Made by a program: the position numbers and the translations under genes. Positions 5,706-14,981 of a stretch of DNA of 24,551 bases are shown here, piece by piece. Under the pieces are notes generated by a model that worked only from the letters and a program-made list of their open reading frames with translations, did not search any database and was not told the DNA's origin. The DNA is from a virus. Its lineage: Duplodnaviria > Caudoviricetes. Position 1 is the stretch's first letter. Every line of letters begins with the position of its first letter. The stretch is from positions 1-24,551 of the IMG/VR virus record IMGVR_UViG_3300017785_003850, one strand, 5' to 3'.

Positions 5706-5902
5706 TTGCCCGCGTCAAATTCTGGCTTGCTAAGAAGCCGTTTGTTTACACGCGAACCGGCAGCGGCATAGCCTTTGTGGGCTATAACCCATTTTTCGAT
5801 GCGGTGAGGGTCCGGTTGTCACAATTCGGCTACGTCACCGGCCACCGATCAATGTCGCGAACCGATTATTTGGCCCGCGCCGAGATGGGTTGTGAGGCAT
5901 GA
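5702..5902 (+). CDS. hypothetical phage protein
   Basis: 66 aa, coupled to both neighbours. Confidence 0.6.
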   Translation: MIARVKFWLAKKPFVYTRTGSGIAFVGYNPFFDAVRVRLSQFGYVTGHRSMSRTDYLARAEMGCEA

Positions 5903-6294
5903 CCCGCCTTGCCAAGCTGACCGCGCTGTATGACGCGGCGAAAGAGGAGCGGATTGACGATGCCCTCTCCGTCGCGTGGCGGATGACATCGGAGGCGCAT
6001 GACGTGGGGCAAATTGAACCGGCGTCAGTGCTGACAGTCGATAAGATCATGCTGCGCGGCTCCACCGCCGCCGCCCTAGCCTTTCACGACGCGGTTCTGC
6101 CGGGATGGCGCGTCGAGACCCTTCACCAGTTTACGACCGGTCACTGGCTGGCTGGCGTTTACCACCCGCAAGGCGAAGATTGGCCGAAGTGGACGCCATA
6201 CCCAACGCACGGTGCAACCGCCGCCACCCCCGCGCTTGCCCTGTTTCTGGCCGACATGGCCGCGCTGATTGCTATTGAGGAGGGGAAGGGATGA
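5899..6294 (+). CDS. hypothetical phage protein
   Basis: S..AALA....VLPGW...TPALAL..A pattern seen in phage accessory proteins; ATGA coupling. Confidence 0.75.
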   Translation: MTRLAKLTALYDAAKEERIDDALSVAWRMTSEAHDVGQIEPASVLTVDKIMLRGSTAAALAFHDAVLPGWRVETLHQFTTGHWLAGVYHPQGEDWPKWTPYPTHGATAATPALALFLADMAALIAIEEGKG

Positions 6295-6494
6295 CCCCAC
6301 GGCTTGAACTGGACCGCAAAGGTCAGATTGACGAAGTGGTCAGCGACGGCGGCGGGCATCTTGAGCGCCTCGACAAAGACCGCTGGTTTCTGAATCTTGT
6401 GAATGCGGACGGATCATCCGTCGCCGTCTGGATCGCCGGGAAAGTCACCATGTTTGAAACCCGCGATGATGTTGCAAAGGATCCAACCCCATGA
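6291..6494 (+). CDS. hypothetical phage protein
   Basis: 67 aa, ATGA coupling, purine-rich RBS. Confidence 0.7.
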   Translation: MTPRLELDRKGQIDEVVSDGGGHLERLDKDRWFLNLVNADGSSVAVWIAGKVTMFETRDDVAKDPTP

Positions 6495-6832
6495 CCCCCT
6501 CAGACCTCGCCGAGCGCGGGATACGGATAAAGCCGCTGGTTTGGTTTCCAGTGACCGAGATATGCACGAGGTTCAAAGCCAACGCATTAGGCGGTCACAT
6601 GATGATAGTTGCCTTAGACCCAAAAATCGAGCCGGTAAAATATTCAGCAGGGATCGACCTTGGCGGCCTTTGTTTCAAATTCATCTTGGCTGAATATGAT
6701 GACTTCCCCCCGACATATACAGCACCTGAGCGATTTGACACCATCGAAGCCGCCCAATCCGCCGCCGAGGCTGACTACGCCTCCCGCGTCTGTGCAATGA
6801 TGGAGGCGATGGTGGAACCTACCACCCCCTGA
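6491..6832 (+). CDS. hypothetical phage protein
   Basis: IKPLVW...FDTIEAAQSAAEADY pattern typical of phage accessory proteins; last gene of the + strand run. Confidence 0.75.
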   Translation: MTPSDLAERGIRIKPLVWFPVTEICTRFKANALGGHMMIVALDPKIEPVKYSAGIDLGGLCFKFILAEYDDFPPTYTAPERFDTIEAAQSAAEADYASRVCAMMEAMVEPTTP

Positions 6833-7011
6833 CACGCGCCCAATGCGGTCAGATGTGGCGGGCTTTCATTGGCAAGCCTGGGCCGTGAAAAGCTTGCGCT
6901 GCATGGGGATGGGGTGTAGGGTTTGCGGGTGAGTGCGCCGGATGGCCGCAAGGAATGCCTATGGGGTTCTGCGCTACGGTGCAGGTCGGAACGATGAAAG
7001 CACCCCCGCGC

Positions 7012-7209
7012 TCACATACACGCCGCATCCCGCTGTCGGATCACTAGATCACCGGCCCGCAGCGCGGCTTCGTCCATCGTGTCAGCCAGCACCCCTGCCA
7101 GCGCCTTAACGGCAGGTTCAGACGCGGCGCAGTAACCGTCAAGGCTTCCCGGCGCGGTCACGCATCCGGTCACGAATATCAGCGGCAGGATCATCAGAAG
7201 CGGTTTCAT
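7012..7209 (-). CDS. putative outer-membrane lipoprotein (o-spanin-like)
   Basis: MKPLLMILPLIFVTG-C lipobox; overlaps the 3' end of the upstream TM gene; end of the lysis cassette. Confidence 0.65.
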   Translation of the reverse strand: MKPLLMILPLIFVTGCVTAPGSLDGYCAASEPAVKALAGVLADTMDEAALRAGDLVIRQRDAACM

Positions 7210-7399
7210 GTAGCACCCTTTCGGTTGTTTCTCGATGAGCCTTTGCATCTGCCGCCGCCCGCTTGGCCTGTTCGGCCTTCACGCCCTTCCTGCGCTGGTA
7301 TGCGCCGAAGGTTACGACCAGCAGCACCGCCGCGCCGATCTTGGCCAGCATCCGGCCAATGGCGGACGAGGCGAAGAATGCCCAGACGGCGGCGATCAC
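7139..7399 (-). CDS. putative inner-membrane spanin (i-spanin-like)
   Basis: GTG start coupled to the holin stop; N-terminal TM segment followed by a charged helical region. Confidence 0.6.
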   Translation of the reverse strand: MIAAVWAFFASSAIGRMLAKIGAAVLLVVTFGAYQRRKGVKAEQAKRAAADAKAHRETTERVLHETASDDPAADIRDRMRDRAGKP

Positions 7400-7617
7400 G
7401 TCTTGCGCCCCCACTTGAACCACACCGCCACCGATGCAAGGAACGGCGAAACGACTGCCGGGACCGCCGCCGCCAGCGCGTAGGCGTTGAACGGGGCAAT
7501 GTCGATCATGCCGGTTGCGTGGTCAAACTCTGCCAGCCCGAAGGCCGCAGCGAAGATGCCGACCACCCCAACCGCGCCGGTCGCGTAGACGGTCAATCGT
7601 GCGTTGTCGAGCGCCAT
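7396..7617 (-). CDS. putative holin
   Basis: 73 aa, two hydrophobic segments, basic C-terminus (KWGRKT), directly after the endolysin. Confidence 0.55.
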   Translation of the reverse strand: MALDNARLTVYATGAVGVVGIFAAAFGLAEFDHATGMIDIAPFNAYALAAAVPAVVSPFLASVAVWFKWGRKT

Positions 7618-7628
7618 ATCGTATCCTT

Positions 7629-8447
7629 TTAGAACAGGTTCATGAACGACTGCCACCATCCGGCAATCGTATCCCAAGCGGCATAGACCACGGCAACCGC
7701 GCCACCGACCGCCAAAGCGGGGCCTGTGCGGGGCTTGGCGGGTTTTGCCGGTGCAGGTGCCGCCGTGGGCTTGGACGGGGCCAGCGGGGGCGCTTTGGCG
7801 CTAGAAAAGGGCTTGCCGCTGTCAGCAACAGACATTGATGTCAGTGCCGCGTGCATAGCCGCCCGCGTCTTTGGGCCGCTGATGCCGTCCACCGCAAGGG
7901 CATACGCGCCTTGGAACGACTTCAAATTGACAAACCCAAGCATATCCAGCGCAATCCGGTCATAGCGCTGCATCCGGTCAGGATAGCCGTTCAACCCGCC
8001 ATTCACCCGGCGCGTGACCATCTCGATATTGCCGTCCCGGCAGAACCGCAGAAGATCCTTGCGGGTCAGGAAATACCAGATCGCCCCGATGCCCAGCCAC
8101 TCCGGGCTTTCCAGCAACTCAGGCTCGGCTTCAAAGTCAGGGCCTTGGCCGAACGTCTTGCGCACCCATGCCGTCAAGGTGCGGTAATTGGCCCGCCCCG
8201 TGACCTGTAGCAAGTCCCGGCCCATGAACCGCTTGCCGTCCCCCGGCTCAGTGTTGCCAAGGTTTTTTCGGCCCTCATATCCCTTCTGTGCCTTGGTCGG
8301 TCCCCAGATTTCCCGGACATAGCGATAGCCGCCGCTCTCGTGTTCGACTTGCGCCAGAAACTGCGCCAGCACGGCAGGCTCATTCAACGGCCCGCCGAAT
8401 TGCTTGACGCGGAACAGAAGCGAAGCCTTGCGCCCTTCGATGCTCAT
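7629..8447 (-). CDS. endolysin, glycoside hydrolase family 19 with peptidoglycan-binding motif
   Basis: AQFLAQVEHESGG, GDG.RF.GR..LQVTGRANY and VTRRVNGGLNG GH19 motifs; FQ....L.VDGISGPKT PG-binding motif. Confidence 0.9.
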   Translation of the reverse strand: MSIEGRKASLLFRVKQFGGPLNEPAVLAQFLAQVEHESGGYRYVREIWGPTKAQKGYEGRKNLGNTEPGDGKRFMGRDLLQVTGRANYRTLTAWVRKTFGQGPDFEAEPELLESPEWLGIGAIWYFLTRKDLLRFCRDGNIEMVTRRVNGGLNGYPDRMQRYDRIALDMLGFVNLKSFQGAYALAVDGISGPKTRAAMHAALTSMSVADSGKPFSSAKAPPLAPSKPTAAPAPAKPAKPRTGPALAVGGAVAVVYAAWDTIAGWWQSFMNLF

Positions 8448-8551
8448 TCCGTCACCTCCGTAGAGATTTTCACATCAGGCTCATGCGCCAATGTTATCCA
8501 AGCATTAACGCCGGAAAGCAGGATCATGGCTAAGGCTGCAATCTTTGTCAC
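8444..8551 (-). CDS. 35-aa hydrophobic peptide
   Basis: MTKIAALAMILLSGVNAWITLAHEPDVKISTEVTE*, coupled at both ends. Confidence 0.4.
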   Translation of the reverse strand: MTKIAALAMILLSGVNAWITLAHEPDVKISTEVTE

Positions 8552-8739
8552 TTAAACGCGCCTCCGCCTGACACGAACGCCCAAACCTGCGAAGCCAAAT
8601 ACAGCGCGCCGCCGATCACGGCCTTGACCAGCCATCCAGCTTGAGCCTCAAGGTTCGCTATTCGGTTTTCCATATTCGCGTCTTTCGTTGCACGATCAGC
8701 CGCCTCTCTGGCTATGGCTTTTTCATCTTCCGGCGTCAT
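8548..8739 (-). CDS. small coiled-coil + TM protein (lysis-region, holin/antiholin-like)
   Basis: RIANLE coiled coil followed by a hydrophobic C-terminus. Confidence 0.65.
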   Translation of the reverse strand: MTPEDEKAIAREAADRATKDANMENRIANLEAQAGWLVKAVIGGALYLASQVWAFVSGGGAFK

Positions 8740-8741
8740 CT

Positions 8742-9236
8742 TTATTCCTGACCATTGCCATGATTTGATGAAATCGGTCCACCAGCCATTGCCACACCTC
8801 GATGCGGAATTGCCATAGAAACCGGATTAACAAAACGTCTGCGACTACCGCCGCCACCATTACTGCCAAATGTTCCAAGGCCAAGCCCCACGATCTGCGT
8901 TGTCGATACAGCATAGATTATCGCAAACCACGCTTCGTCTCGCGTGAAAACCCCTTCAATTACAGGCACATACAGCAGAACCGTCACCGCATAGCCCGCC
9001 GCAATAATTCGCGCCAAGCCGGGTCGCATTGCCAGCGCAACCCCCGTTGCCAGATCCACGATCATCATGGAAAGCCGGGAAGTGTCCTTATCCAGCCCCA
9101 TATCCATCGCCAGACAGACCGCCAGCATCGCCACCAGATTGCCCGCCAGACAGACCAGCGCATAGCGTTGCCGCCCCCATGAGGGGATAGACAGCGCCAG
9201 CAAGGCCAGCGAATAGGCGACCTGGTATTGGTTCAC
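8742..9236 (-). CDS. multi-pass membrane protein
   Basis: Several hydrophobic segments within the first ~125 aa. Confidence 0.7.
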   Translation of the reverse strand: MNQYQVAYSLALLALSIPSWGRQRYALVCLAGNLVAMLAVCLAMDMGLDKDTSRLSMMIVDLATGVALAMRPGLARIIAAGYAVTVLLYVPVIEGVFTRDEAWFAIIYAVSTTQIVGLGLGTFGSNGGGGSRRRFVNPVSMAIPHRGVAMAGGPISSNHGNGQE

Positions 9237-9469
9237 CGGCCCGGCCCCATGATCACGATTTCCAACACATGTTCCGGGAAGAATTGGAACAGGTCTCGCG
9301 TTGCGTTTCCATGCCAGACATCAAGCATTGACCGCGCCAAGAATACCGCGTTGCCAGCATCAGCCCGTCCCGCGTCTTTCTGGATTTGTTGCAGGGCTTT
9401 TAGGTCTCGCACCATCGCGGCCTTTGCGGCTTGGATGGATTTCAACAGTTCGCGTTCTTGCGTCATCAT
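9233..9469 (-). CDS. hypothetical protein
   Basis: 78 aa, GAAAGGA RBS, ends in GPGR (pattern seen in small alphaproteobacterial phage proteins). Confidence 0.7.
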   Translation of the reverse strand: MMTQERELLKSIQAAKAAMVRDLKALQQIQKDAGRADAGNAVFLARSMLDVWHGNATRDLFQFFPEHVLEIVIMGPGR

Positions 9470-9528
9470 CGTTCCTTTCGTGGTTTACGTCATACCGAGC
9501 CAGACCAAGCATCAATCGTCGCCCGGTC

Positions 9529-9557
9529 GTTATAACATACCTGCGGGAAAACCGCTA
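9529..9557 (-). promoter_or_regulatory. putative phage late promoter (copy 2)
   Basis: TAGCGG-N12-TATGTTATAAC on the - strand; same architecture as 20571-20599. Confidence 0.6.
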
Positions 9558-9567
9558 TGCCATTGGC

Positions 9568-9912
9568 CTAAGTGGAAATGGTCTGGGCTGCGGTGAATAG
9601 TGCGTCAATCTCCGCATCGCTCAGCCCGAGTAGGTAGCCGAAAAACGCGATATTCTGCGAAGCCCGGTGCCAATCTCTTGCGTCATCAATGACAACCTTT
9701 TCGGCCCATGTGGCTGTCGCGCGGTATTCCAGCACCTTGGCCCATCGGGATTCACCTAGCGCAAGGATGCCCTGCATTCTGGTGCATTTGGCCGTTTCCC
9801 GCCACTTGGAAAGGACAAGCGCCGGGTCAGGTGTCCTTGCTGCGATTTCCTCCGGCGTGAAATCGCGGATTGTGATTTCCCCGGTCTCTGCGTTGGTGAT
9901 GACTTCAAACAT
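9568..9912 (-). CDS. tail-associated protein / fibre assembly chaperone-like
   Basis: T.EEIAA N-terminus and LGLSDAEIDALF.AA C-terminus, typical of genes that follow tail fibre genes. Confidence 0.65.
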   Translation of the reverse strand: MFEVITNAETGEITIRDFTPEEIAARTPDPALVLSKWRETAKCTRMQGILALGESRWAKVLEYRATATWAEKVVIDDARDWHRASQNIAFFGYLLGLSDAEIDALFTAAQTIST

Positions 9913-10421
9913 TATCTTACCCCATATACGCGAATAGCGCCTGCGTCAAAAGACCCCGAGGATTGCGAGACAACGATAGAAGTGCTGACGGTTGTCAGAG
10001 TGCAATCTCCTGCGCGCGGGGATGACGCGCCGCCGCTCGTTGCGGCCAGATTTGCAGAATATGACCCGTCCGTCAAATCCACGTCCACTATGCCGGTCCA
10101 AGCGTTACTGGTGGCAGTCATGACTGTCACAATCCCGCCGCCAACAGTTATCTCGGCTGCTCCAAAGTTGGAGCTAACACCAACGAATACCAGCCTCAGA
10201 AACCGGTAAGGCGTAAGTACCAAGCTGGAAAGCGTTTGACTTGCCCCGCTGGTTGTGGTGAGCGTTCCAAGCAATTGCACCGGCAGGCGAATTGCCACTG
10301 GCACAGTCGCGTCATTTTCTCCAAGCGCGACAGTGTTATCCCGCAGCGCCTGAATTGTTGTGGCAAATGGATACGCGCCCACTTGCACGAGTGTATTGCT
10401 GATAGCCGTATATGTCGTCAT
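9912..10421 (-). CDS. short tail fibre / tail-tip protein
   Basis: Beta-rich Thr/Ser/Gly composition; ALRDN N-terminal motif; ends in G.IRVYG. Confidence 0.6.
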   Translation of the reverse strand: MTTYTAISNTLVQVGAYPFATTIQALRDNTVALGENDATVPVAIRLPVQLLGTLTTTSGASQTLSSLVLTPYRFLRLVFVGVSSNFGAAEITVGGGIVTVMTATSNAWTGIVDVDLTDGSYSANLAATSGGASSPRAGDCTLTTVSTSIVVSQSSGSFDAGAIRVYGVR

Positions 10422-10422
10422 T

Positions 10423-12144
10423 TCATATCCACCTGAAAGGGATTAGATTTCCCGCCCCATCCGTGCCCGCTGCATCAACCCAGCAACCGACATCAATAGT
10501 CGCGCCTGTTTCGGATACATCAACCCAATCCCAAAGCAGGCCCGCGCTTTCATTATCTTCGGCCACAAAACGATAAACCCCGCCTTGTTCCACCGTTTCT
10601 GCTGATGTGATCAACCATTGCCCAACTTTCTCAAGGCCGGTAAAGTCAACATACATGAAATGCTCAATTTGCAAAACGTCCCCGGTCCAAACTGATGCAA
10701 TATCCTTCGCAGCCAAGTTGAATGTTATTTGCTTGCGAACGTCCTTAAACCGCTGCAAATAAGCCGCGCCAAGTGTGCGCGCAATGATGCTAGTATTTAC
10801 CCACCGGCAAAAGATTTCCTTGATCTTGCTTTCACCGTATTGACGCTCTTTATCAACGTCAATAATCGCTTCGGCACTAATAAACGAAAACTTGTCAGAA
10901 ACGCTAAGGGTCGGATTGCGAAGCCCGTGGTAAATATAGACCTGACTTGCCCGATCATTCGGGCTTTCTTCAATCATCACGCTATCAGCAATAAGATGAT
11001 CGCGCTGCGTCAGTGTGGCTGCCGCATAGTTTGGACGCTGAGCGCGCAACAGGATTTTCTGCACCCGCTCATCCCACCATACATTGGCAAGCCCCTGCTG
11101 GCATAATTCCCCGACAAGCTGCTGGATTTGAACCGGACTGGCGATGTATGCCGTGAATGAGTAAAGCGGCCGCCACGTTGCAAACTCGTCATCCCAATCC
11201 GCTTTGGTAATATATGCAGTTGGGACTAAACCCCATACAGTCAACAGGTCGTATATTATGTCTGTAAATGGCTCATTGACATAGGCAAGCACTCGCTGCA
11301 CCACGTCGTATTGGCTGTGAGCCGCAGCCGTTGTATTGAGTTGCCCCCGCGTTACCCCAGTAAACTCGACATTACTGCCGACAATAGCGCGCGCGGTGTA
11401 TGCCACTATTTCCGAATTGATCCGCAACCAACCGGTTGCCGGATAATCTGCCAAGACCGCGCCAGCCGCTTGGAATGTTACAGCGACGGCGGTTAATGAA
11501 GCTGACAATGATCCTGGCGAAAGGAACGGCGCGGATACTTCGGTATCTGTGACCTTGCGCAGAATATCCTTTGCCGTGATCTTTACCGACGATCTGGACG
11601 CGTCGATCTTCTCAATGGAATATTCCCGCTTGATCATCGCGCTTAGTGCATCGCCGAAGTATCCGTCATATATCCGCAGAACATAGCCGGTATGGAACGG
11701 ATTACGCGCAAGCCACTTTGACCAGAAGCTGCCCCGCGTCATTGGATCATATGACCGCGACGATAGGTAAGGATCAAACCCAATATCGTTATATGGGAAG
11801 TCCTTAATTGCGACAGTCGCAACAGCCCGAAGCCCTAGCGGTGAAAGGTTCTCATTTCCCGCGCCCACGTTCAAAACCGTCGGAGCGGTATCAACCGCCA
11901 TCAATGCAGGAAAGGCCGTGCTAGGCTGGAATGCGCTTGCCGCCGTTGAATATCGGTTAGAGACAGGATGCACAAACCGCATGACGACTTCATCCGTCAA
12001 ATCCAGCGCTGTGACGTAAGTGCAAGTCGCGTCGGTATTCCAGCATTTATCCCCAGTTGCCAAGCATGGCGCGGTGCCGTTCACCCGACTGCAAAGAGGC
12101 TGCACAATCTCGACAACTGTTATTGGTTCTTTTGCGAAGGTCAT
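10423..12144 (-). CDS. tail tip / baseplate hub protein
   Basis: 573 aa, two genes downstream of the tape measure; EI..Y...RG...T.AAAH motif and GDV..I OB-like C-terminus. Confidence 0.7.
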   Translation of the reverse strand: MTFAKEPITVVEIVQPLCSRVNGTAPCLATGDKCWNTDATCTYVTALDLTDEVVMRFVHPVSNRYSTAASAFQPSTAFPALMAVDTAPTVLNVGAGNENLSPLGLRAVATVAIKDFPYNDIGFDPYLSSRSYDPMTRGSFWSKWLARNPFHTGYVLRIYDGYFGDALSAMIKREYSIEKIDASRSSVKITAKDILRKVTDTEVSAPFLSPGSLSASLTAVAVTFQAAGAVLADYPATGWLRINSEIVAYTARAIVGSNVEFTGVTRGQLNTTAAAHSQYDVVQRVLAYVNEPFTDIIYDLLTVWGLVPTAYITKADWDDEFATWRPLYSFTAYIASPVQIQQLVGELCQQGLANVWWDERVQKILLRAQRPNYAAATLTQRDHLIADSVMIEESPNDRASQVYIYHGLRNPTLSVSDKFSFISAEAIIDVDKERQYGESKIKEIFCRWVNTSIIARTLGAAYLQRFKDVRKQITFNLAAKDIASVWTGDVLQIEHFMYVDFTGLEKVGQWLITSAETVEQGGVYRFVAEDNESAGLLWDWVDVSETGATIDVGCWVDAAGTDGAGNLIPFRWI

Positions 12145-12944
12145 TCCAGAAACCCCGTAATTGAAAGCGATACAGACATCAGATCGCGCGTCCCCATGTT
12201 TTCCGGTGCGGGGCTTTCATCAGTCCAACACCATGCCACGCTTTCCGGCATTCGCGCCGCGTTCTGGATCAGCCCGAAAGGGTATTGCGGCAAGGTCAGC
12301 GCAAACGGCTGAAAAGTAGAGCGATACCATGCCGCCGAAATGTTCTGCCAATCCATCTGCGTTCGGCGCGCCTGGCGTTGCACGGTGCGTCCCAGCCATT
12401 GCCCAGTTTCGCTGATGCTGTGGCGTGTCTCGATAACCCGCGAAAGGCCGATAGGTGTCACGCCTCCGAATACGGGCCGTTCCATCTGCAATGCCACGCC
12501 CGCGCGAATGATGCCGATTTCAGCCGCCGCCGACGCGCCGGAAAGTGCAATCTTGATTTCGCGGATAACGTAGGGAATACCAGCCGATGCCGCGGCATTG
12601 ATCATCACGGCGATAGTGCTGTCGTCTGTCGGAACAATGGTTGCCCGCGTCGTATGCGCGCCGCCAACGGTTGCCGCCGTGCTGATGACGACCGTGCAAC
12701 CCGTGCTGCCAAGGTTGTGCGCCGCGATGAAAACGGTATCAACCGATGCATCCGCAGCCGTCACCAAAACCCACGTTGCAGGCAATGCCCCCGCTGCCCA
12801 CCGCTGGAACGTATAGTCATTTGTCGCATAATCGCCGTTTGTGCCGCCCGCCGTGACCGTGCCAGTGATCGGCGTATATAGGATGCGGGCGTGTGTTAGC
12901 GCCTCGTTATCCCCGACCGTGTAGCCCGCTGTGGATATGGTCAT
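12141..12944 (-). CDS. distal tail-like protein
   Basis: Directly after the tape measure; HNL motif; beta-rich. Confidence 0.65.
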   Translation of the reverse strand: MTISTAGYTVGDNEALTHARILYTPITGTVTAGGTNGDYATNDYTFQRWAAGALPATWVLVTAADASVDTVFIAAHNLGSTGCTVVISTAATVGGAHTTRATIVPTDDSTIAVMINAAASAGIPYVIREIKIALSGASAAAEIGIIRAGVALQMERPVFGGVTPIGLSRVIETRHSISETGQWLGRTVQRQARRTQMDWQNISAAWYRSTFQPFALTLPQYPFGLIQNAARMPESVAWCWTDESPAPENMGTRDLMSVSLSITGFLE

Positions 12945-14752
12945 CGGACACTCGCTATGATGTTGCTGCCATTGCGCCGCGACTCGTTAAGCTGCGTTGC
13001 GATTTGCCTGACAATCCGCTCGCCAAACCCGAACGGGTCATTCGTCACAGTGAAGTTAAGCGTTTGCGTCGGGCTGACGGCACCAGCACCAGCCCCGCCC
13101 GCCGCCGATGATTTGCCGCCGCCACCGCCACCGCCCTTGATTGCGTTAACCGCGCCCATGCCCGCCGCGAGAACCTTAGCCGCTAGGGCGAACTTCTGTA
13201 GCGGGTTCATGCCTGGTGTTGCCAGCGCCTGAGCGTAGGCCCGCCAAGCGTTGATCAGTGCCTCAGCCGCGCCGAACGCCTTGCTGATTTTCAGCATCTT
13301 CTCATTGCCGCCCGCAAGTGCAGATGCCATATCACCAAAGAACGCCCCGGCCTTTTGCAGGCCGTCGCCATATCGGTAAACGTCGATTGCACTCATCGCA
13401 TCGGAATGCTGCTGTTGCGATGCTTCGGACATTGCGGCGTATTCTTGTTGCGTAATCAGCTTTTGCTCTAGGAACAATGCAAGTTGCTCTTGTTGCCGGG
13501 TGTAGCTTTCAAGCTGCAATGCCTCTTGCGACATCAGGCTTGATTGCACGCTTTCCAATTCGGCAAACATCGGGCTTCCGCCCCCGACACCGCCCAAATC
13601 GGCTGCAGGCGCGTTCCTGTCTGCAATCGCGCCTTGGGCTGCATTGCCGCCACGGCTTCCATATGCCATTAGCGCCTGACCGCCTGGGGAAAACTCCACC
13701 GCCATTTGGCCAAGCTTGTCCCTGGCGCTGGATGCAGCGGCAAGATTATCCGCCAACCGCGCGGCGGCTCCAGCCGCAGCACCGATAGGGCCAGCCATAT
13801 CAATGGATGCAAGATTTGCCGCGCCGATTGCCGCCGCATTTAGCGCTTCAACTAAGCCGTTGGTGGCCTCATTGGCCGCATCTGCAGACCCGTAAATCTC
13901 GATCAGATAATCGCGCAGCGCCGATGTCGCCGCAACTTGCTCATCTGCGCTTTTCCCGGCGCTGTCACGAACACGGTCGCTAGCCACAGCCAAGTTTAGG
14001 GCCTGATCGGCGGTAAGCTTATAAGTTCGCGCAATCTCTGAAATTTGGAATTGCACATCAACTGCCGCATCGGCTAGTTTTATCATCTCCTCGGATGGCG
14101 CGCGAAAATCCTGACTGACCGCCGCAATAGCATCAAGGCCAGCACCACCATCAACATTGAATCCGCTGCTGCTCAACAGCGCATCAAGCGCGCGCATTGC
14201 ATCCCCGCGCGCCAATTCCGAAACCTGAATATTGGCTTCACGAACAGCACCAGCCAATTCACCATATTTTGCAATCATTTCGTTTATTGGCGTAATTGCC
14301 AACTTTGCCGCGTTGGAATAGGCTGCAACTGCGTCACCTGCAGCTTGAATTTGATCTTGCATCTCCTTTGCTTTATCAGAGGCCCCGCCGAACGCGTTAA
14401 TCAGCATTGGCAGCGCGATACCCGCAACCAAACCAATCGCGCCGCCCAATGCGCCAAACCCAATGCCAATATCAGGCAACTGAATGGCCAGCGCCTGCAC
14501 AAAGTTGCCGGTTGCCATTGTCTGCTGGCCAACCTGCGAAAGCTGTTGCGCAACACCGCGCATCGCCAAGCCGCTGGACGTTGCCGCGCCCCCAACTTTG
14601 GTAAACTTGTTCCCAAGCCCGCTAATTTTAAGGCCAGCAGCCTCGGCGCCCGCAACCAGCTTTGCAAGATCGCCATTAGCGGCGGCAACGGCTGCCTTCA
14701 AATCGCCAGCATCGCCGGTAATCTTGATATTGAGCGCGCTAAGTTCGGTCAT
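12941..14752 (-). CDS. tail tape measure protein
   Basis: 603 aa, Ala/Gly-rich helical; QL.Q.GQQ...ALAIQLPD lambda-type N-terminal motif; canonical position. Confidence 0.9.
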   Translation of the reverse strand: MTELSALNIKITGDAGDLKAAVAAANGDLAKLVAGAEAAGLKISGLGNKFTKVGGAATSSGLAMRGVAQQLSQVGQQTMATGNFVQALAIQLPDIGIGFGALGGAIGLVAGIALPMLINAFGGASDKAKEMQDQIQAAGDAVAAYSNAAKLAITPINEMIAKYGELAGAVREANIQVSELARGDAMRALDALLSSSGFNVDGGAGLDAIAAVSQDFRAPSEEMIKLADAAVDVQFQISEIARTYKLTADQALNLAVASDRVRDSAGKSADEQVAATSALRDYLIEIYGSADAANEATNGLVEALNAAAIGAANLASIDMAGPIGAAAGAAARLADNLAAASSARDKLGQMAVEFSPGGQALMAYGSRGGNAAQGAIADRNAPAADLGGVGGGSPMFAELESVQSSLMSQEALQLESYTRQQEQLALFLEQKLITQQEYAAMSEASQQQHSDAMSAIDVYRYGDGLQKAGAFFGDMASALAGGNEKMLKISKAFGAAEALINAWRAYAQALATPGMNPLQKFALAAKVLAAGMGAVNAIKGGGGGGGKSSAAGGAGAGAVSPTQTLNFTVTNDPFGFGERIVRQIATQLNESRRNGSNIIASVR

Positions 14753-14981
14753 TCATCTTTGCCTTGTGTTCCACCCGCGCCTTAGCCCATTCCGCCTTGG
14801 TAAACCCGCCGCCCTTTTGCCCCTTGCCGTCACGGATGGAATTGATCTCATCCTGCGTGTCTAGCCTGGCGTCCATTTCCCACCACCATTCCTGCGGTGA
14901 CATCAACCAGAATTCGCTGGGCTGTATTCCCCAATCGCGCGCCGCTTGATATGCACGGCGCGCGAATGCAGCCCACGTCAC
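14739..14981 (-). CDS. tail assembly chaperone, C-terminal (gpT-like) part
   Basis: GIQPSEFWLMSP.E motif; lies between the chaperone and tape measure genes. Confidence 0.75.
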   Translation of the reverse strand: MTWAAFARRAYQAARDWGIQPSEFWLMSPQEWWWEMDARLDTQDEINSIRDGKGQKGGGFTKAEWAKARVEHKAKMNDRT

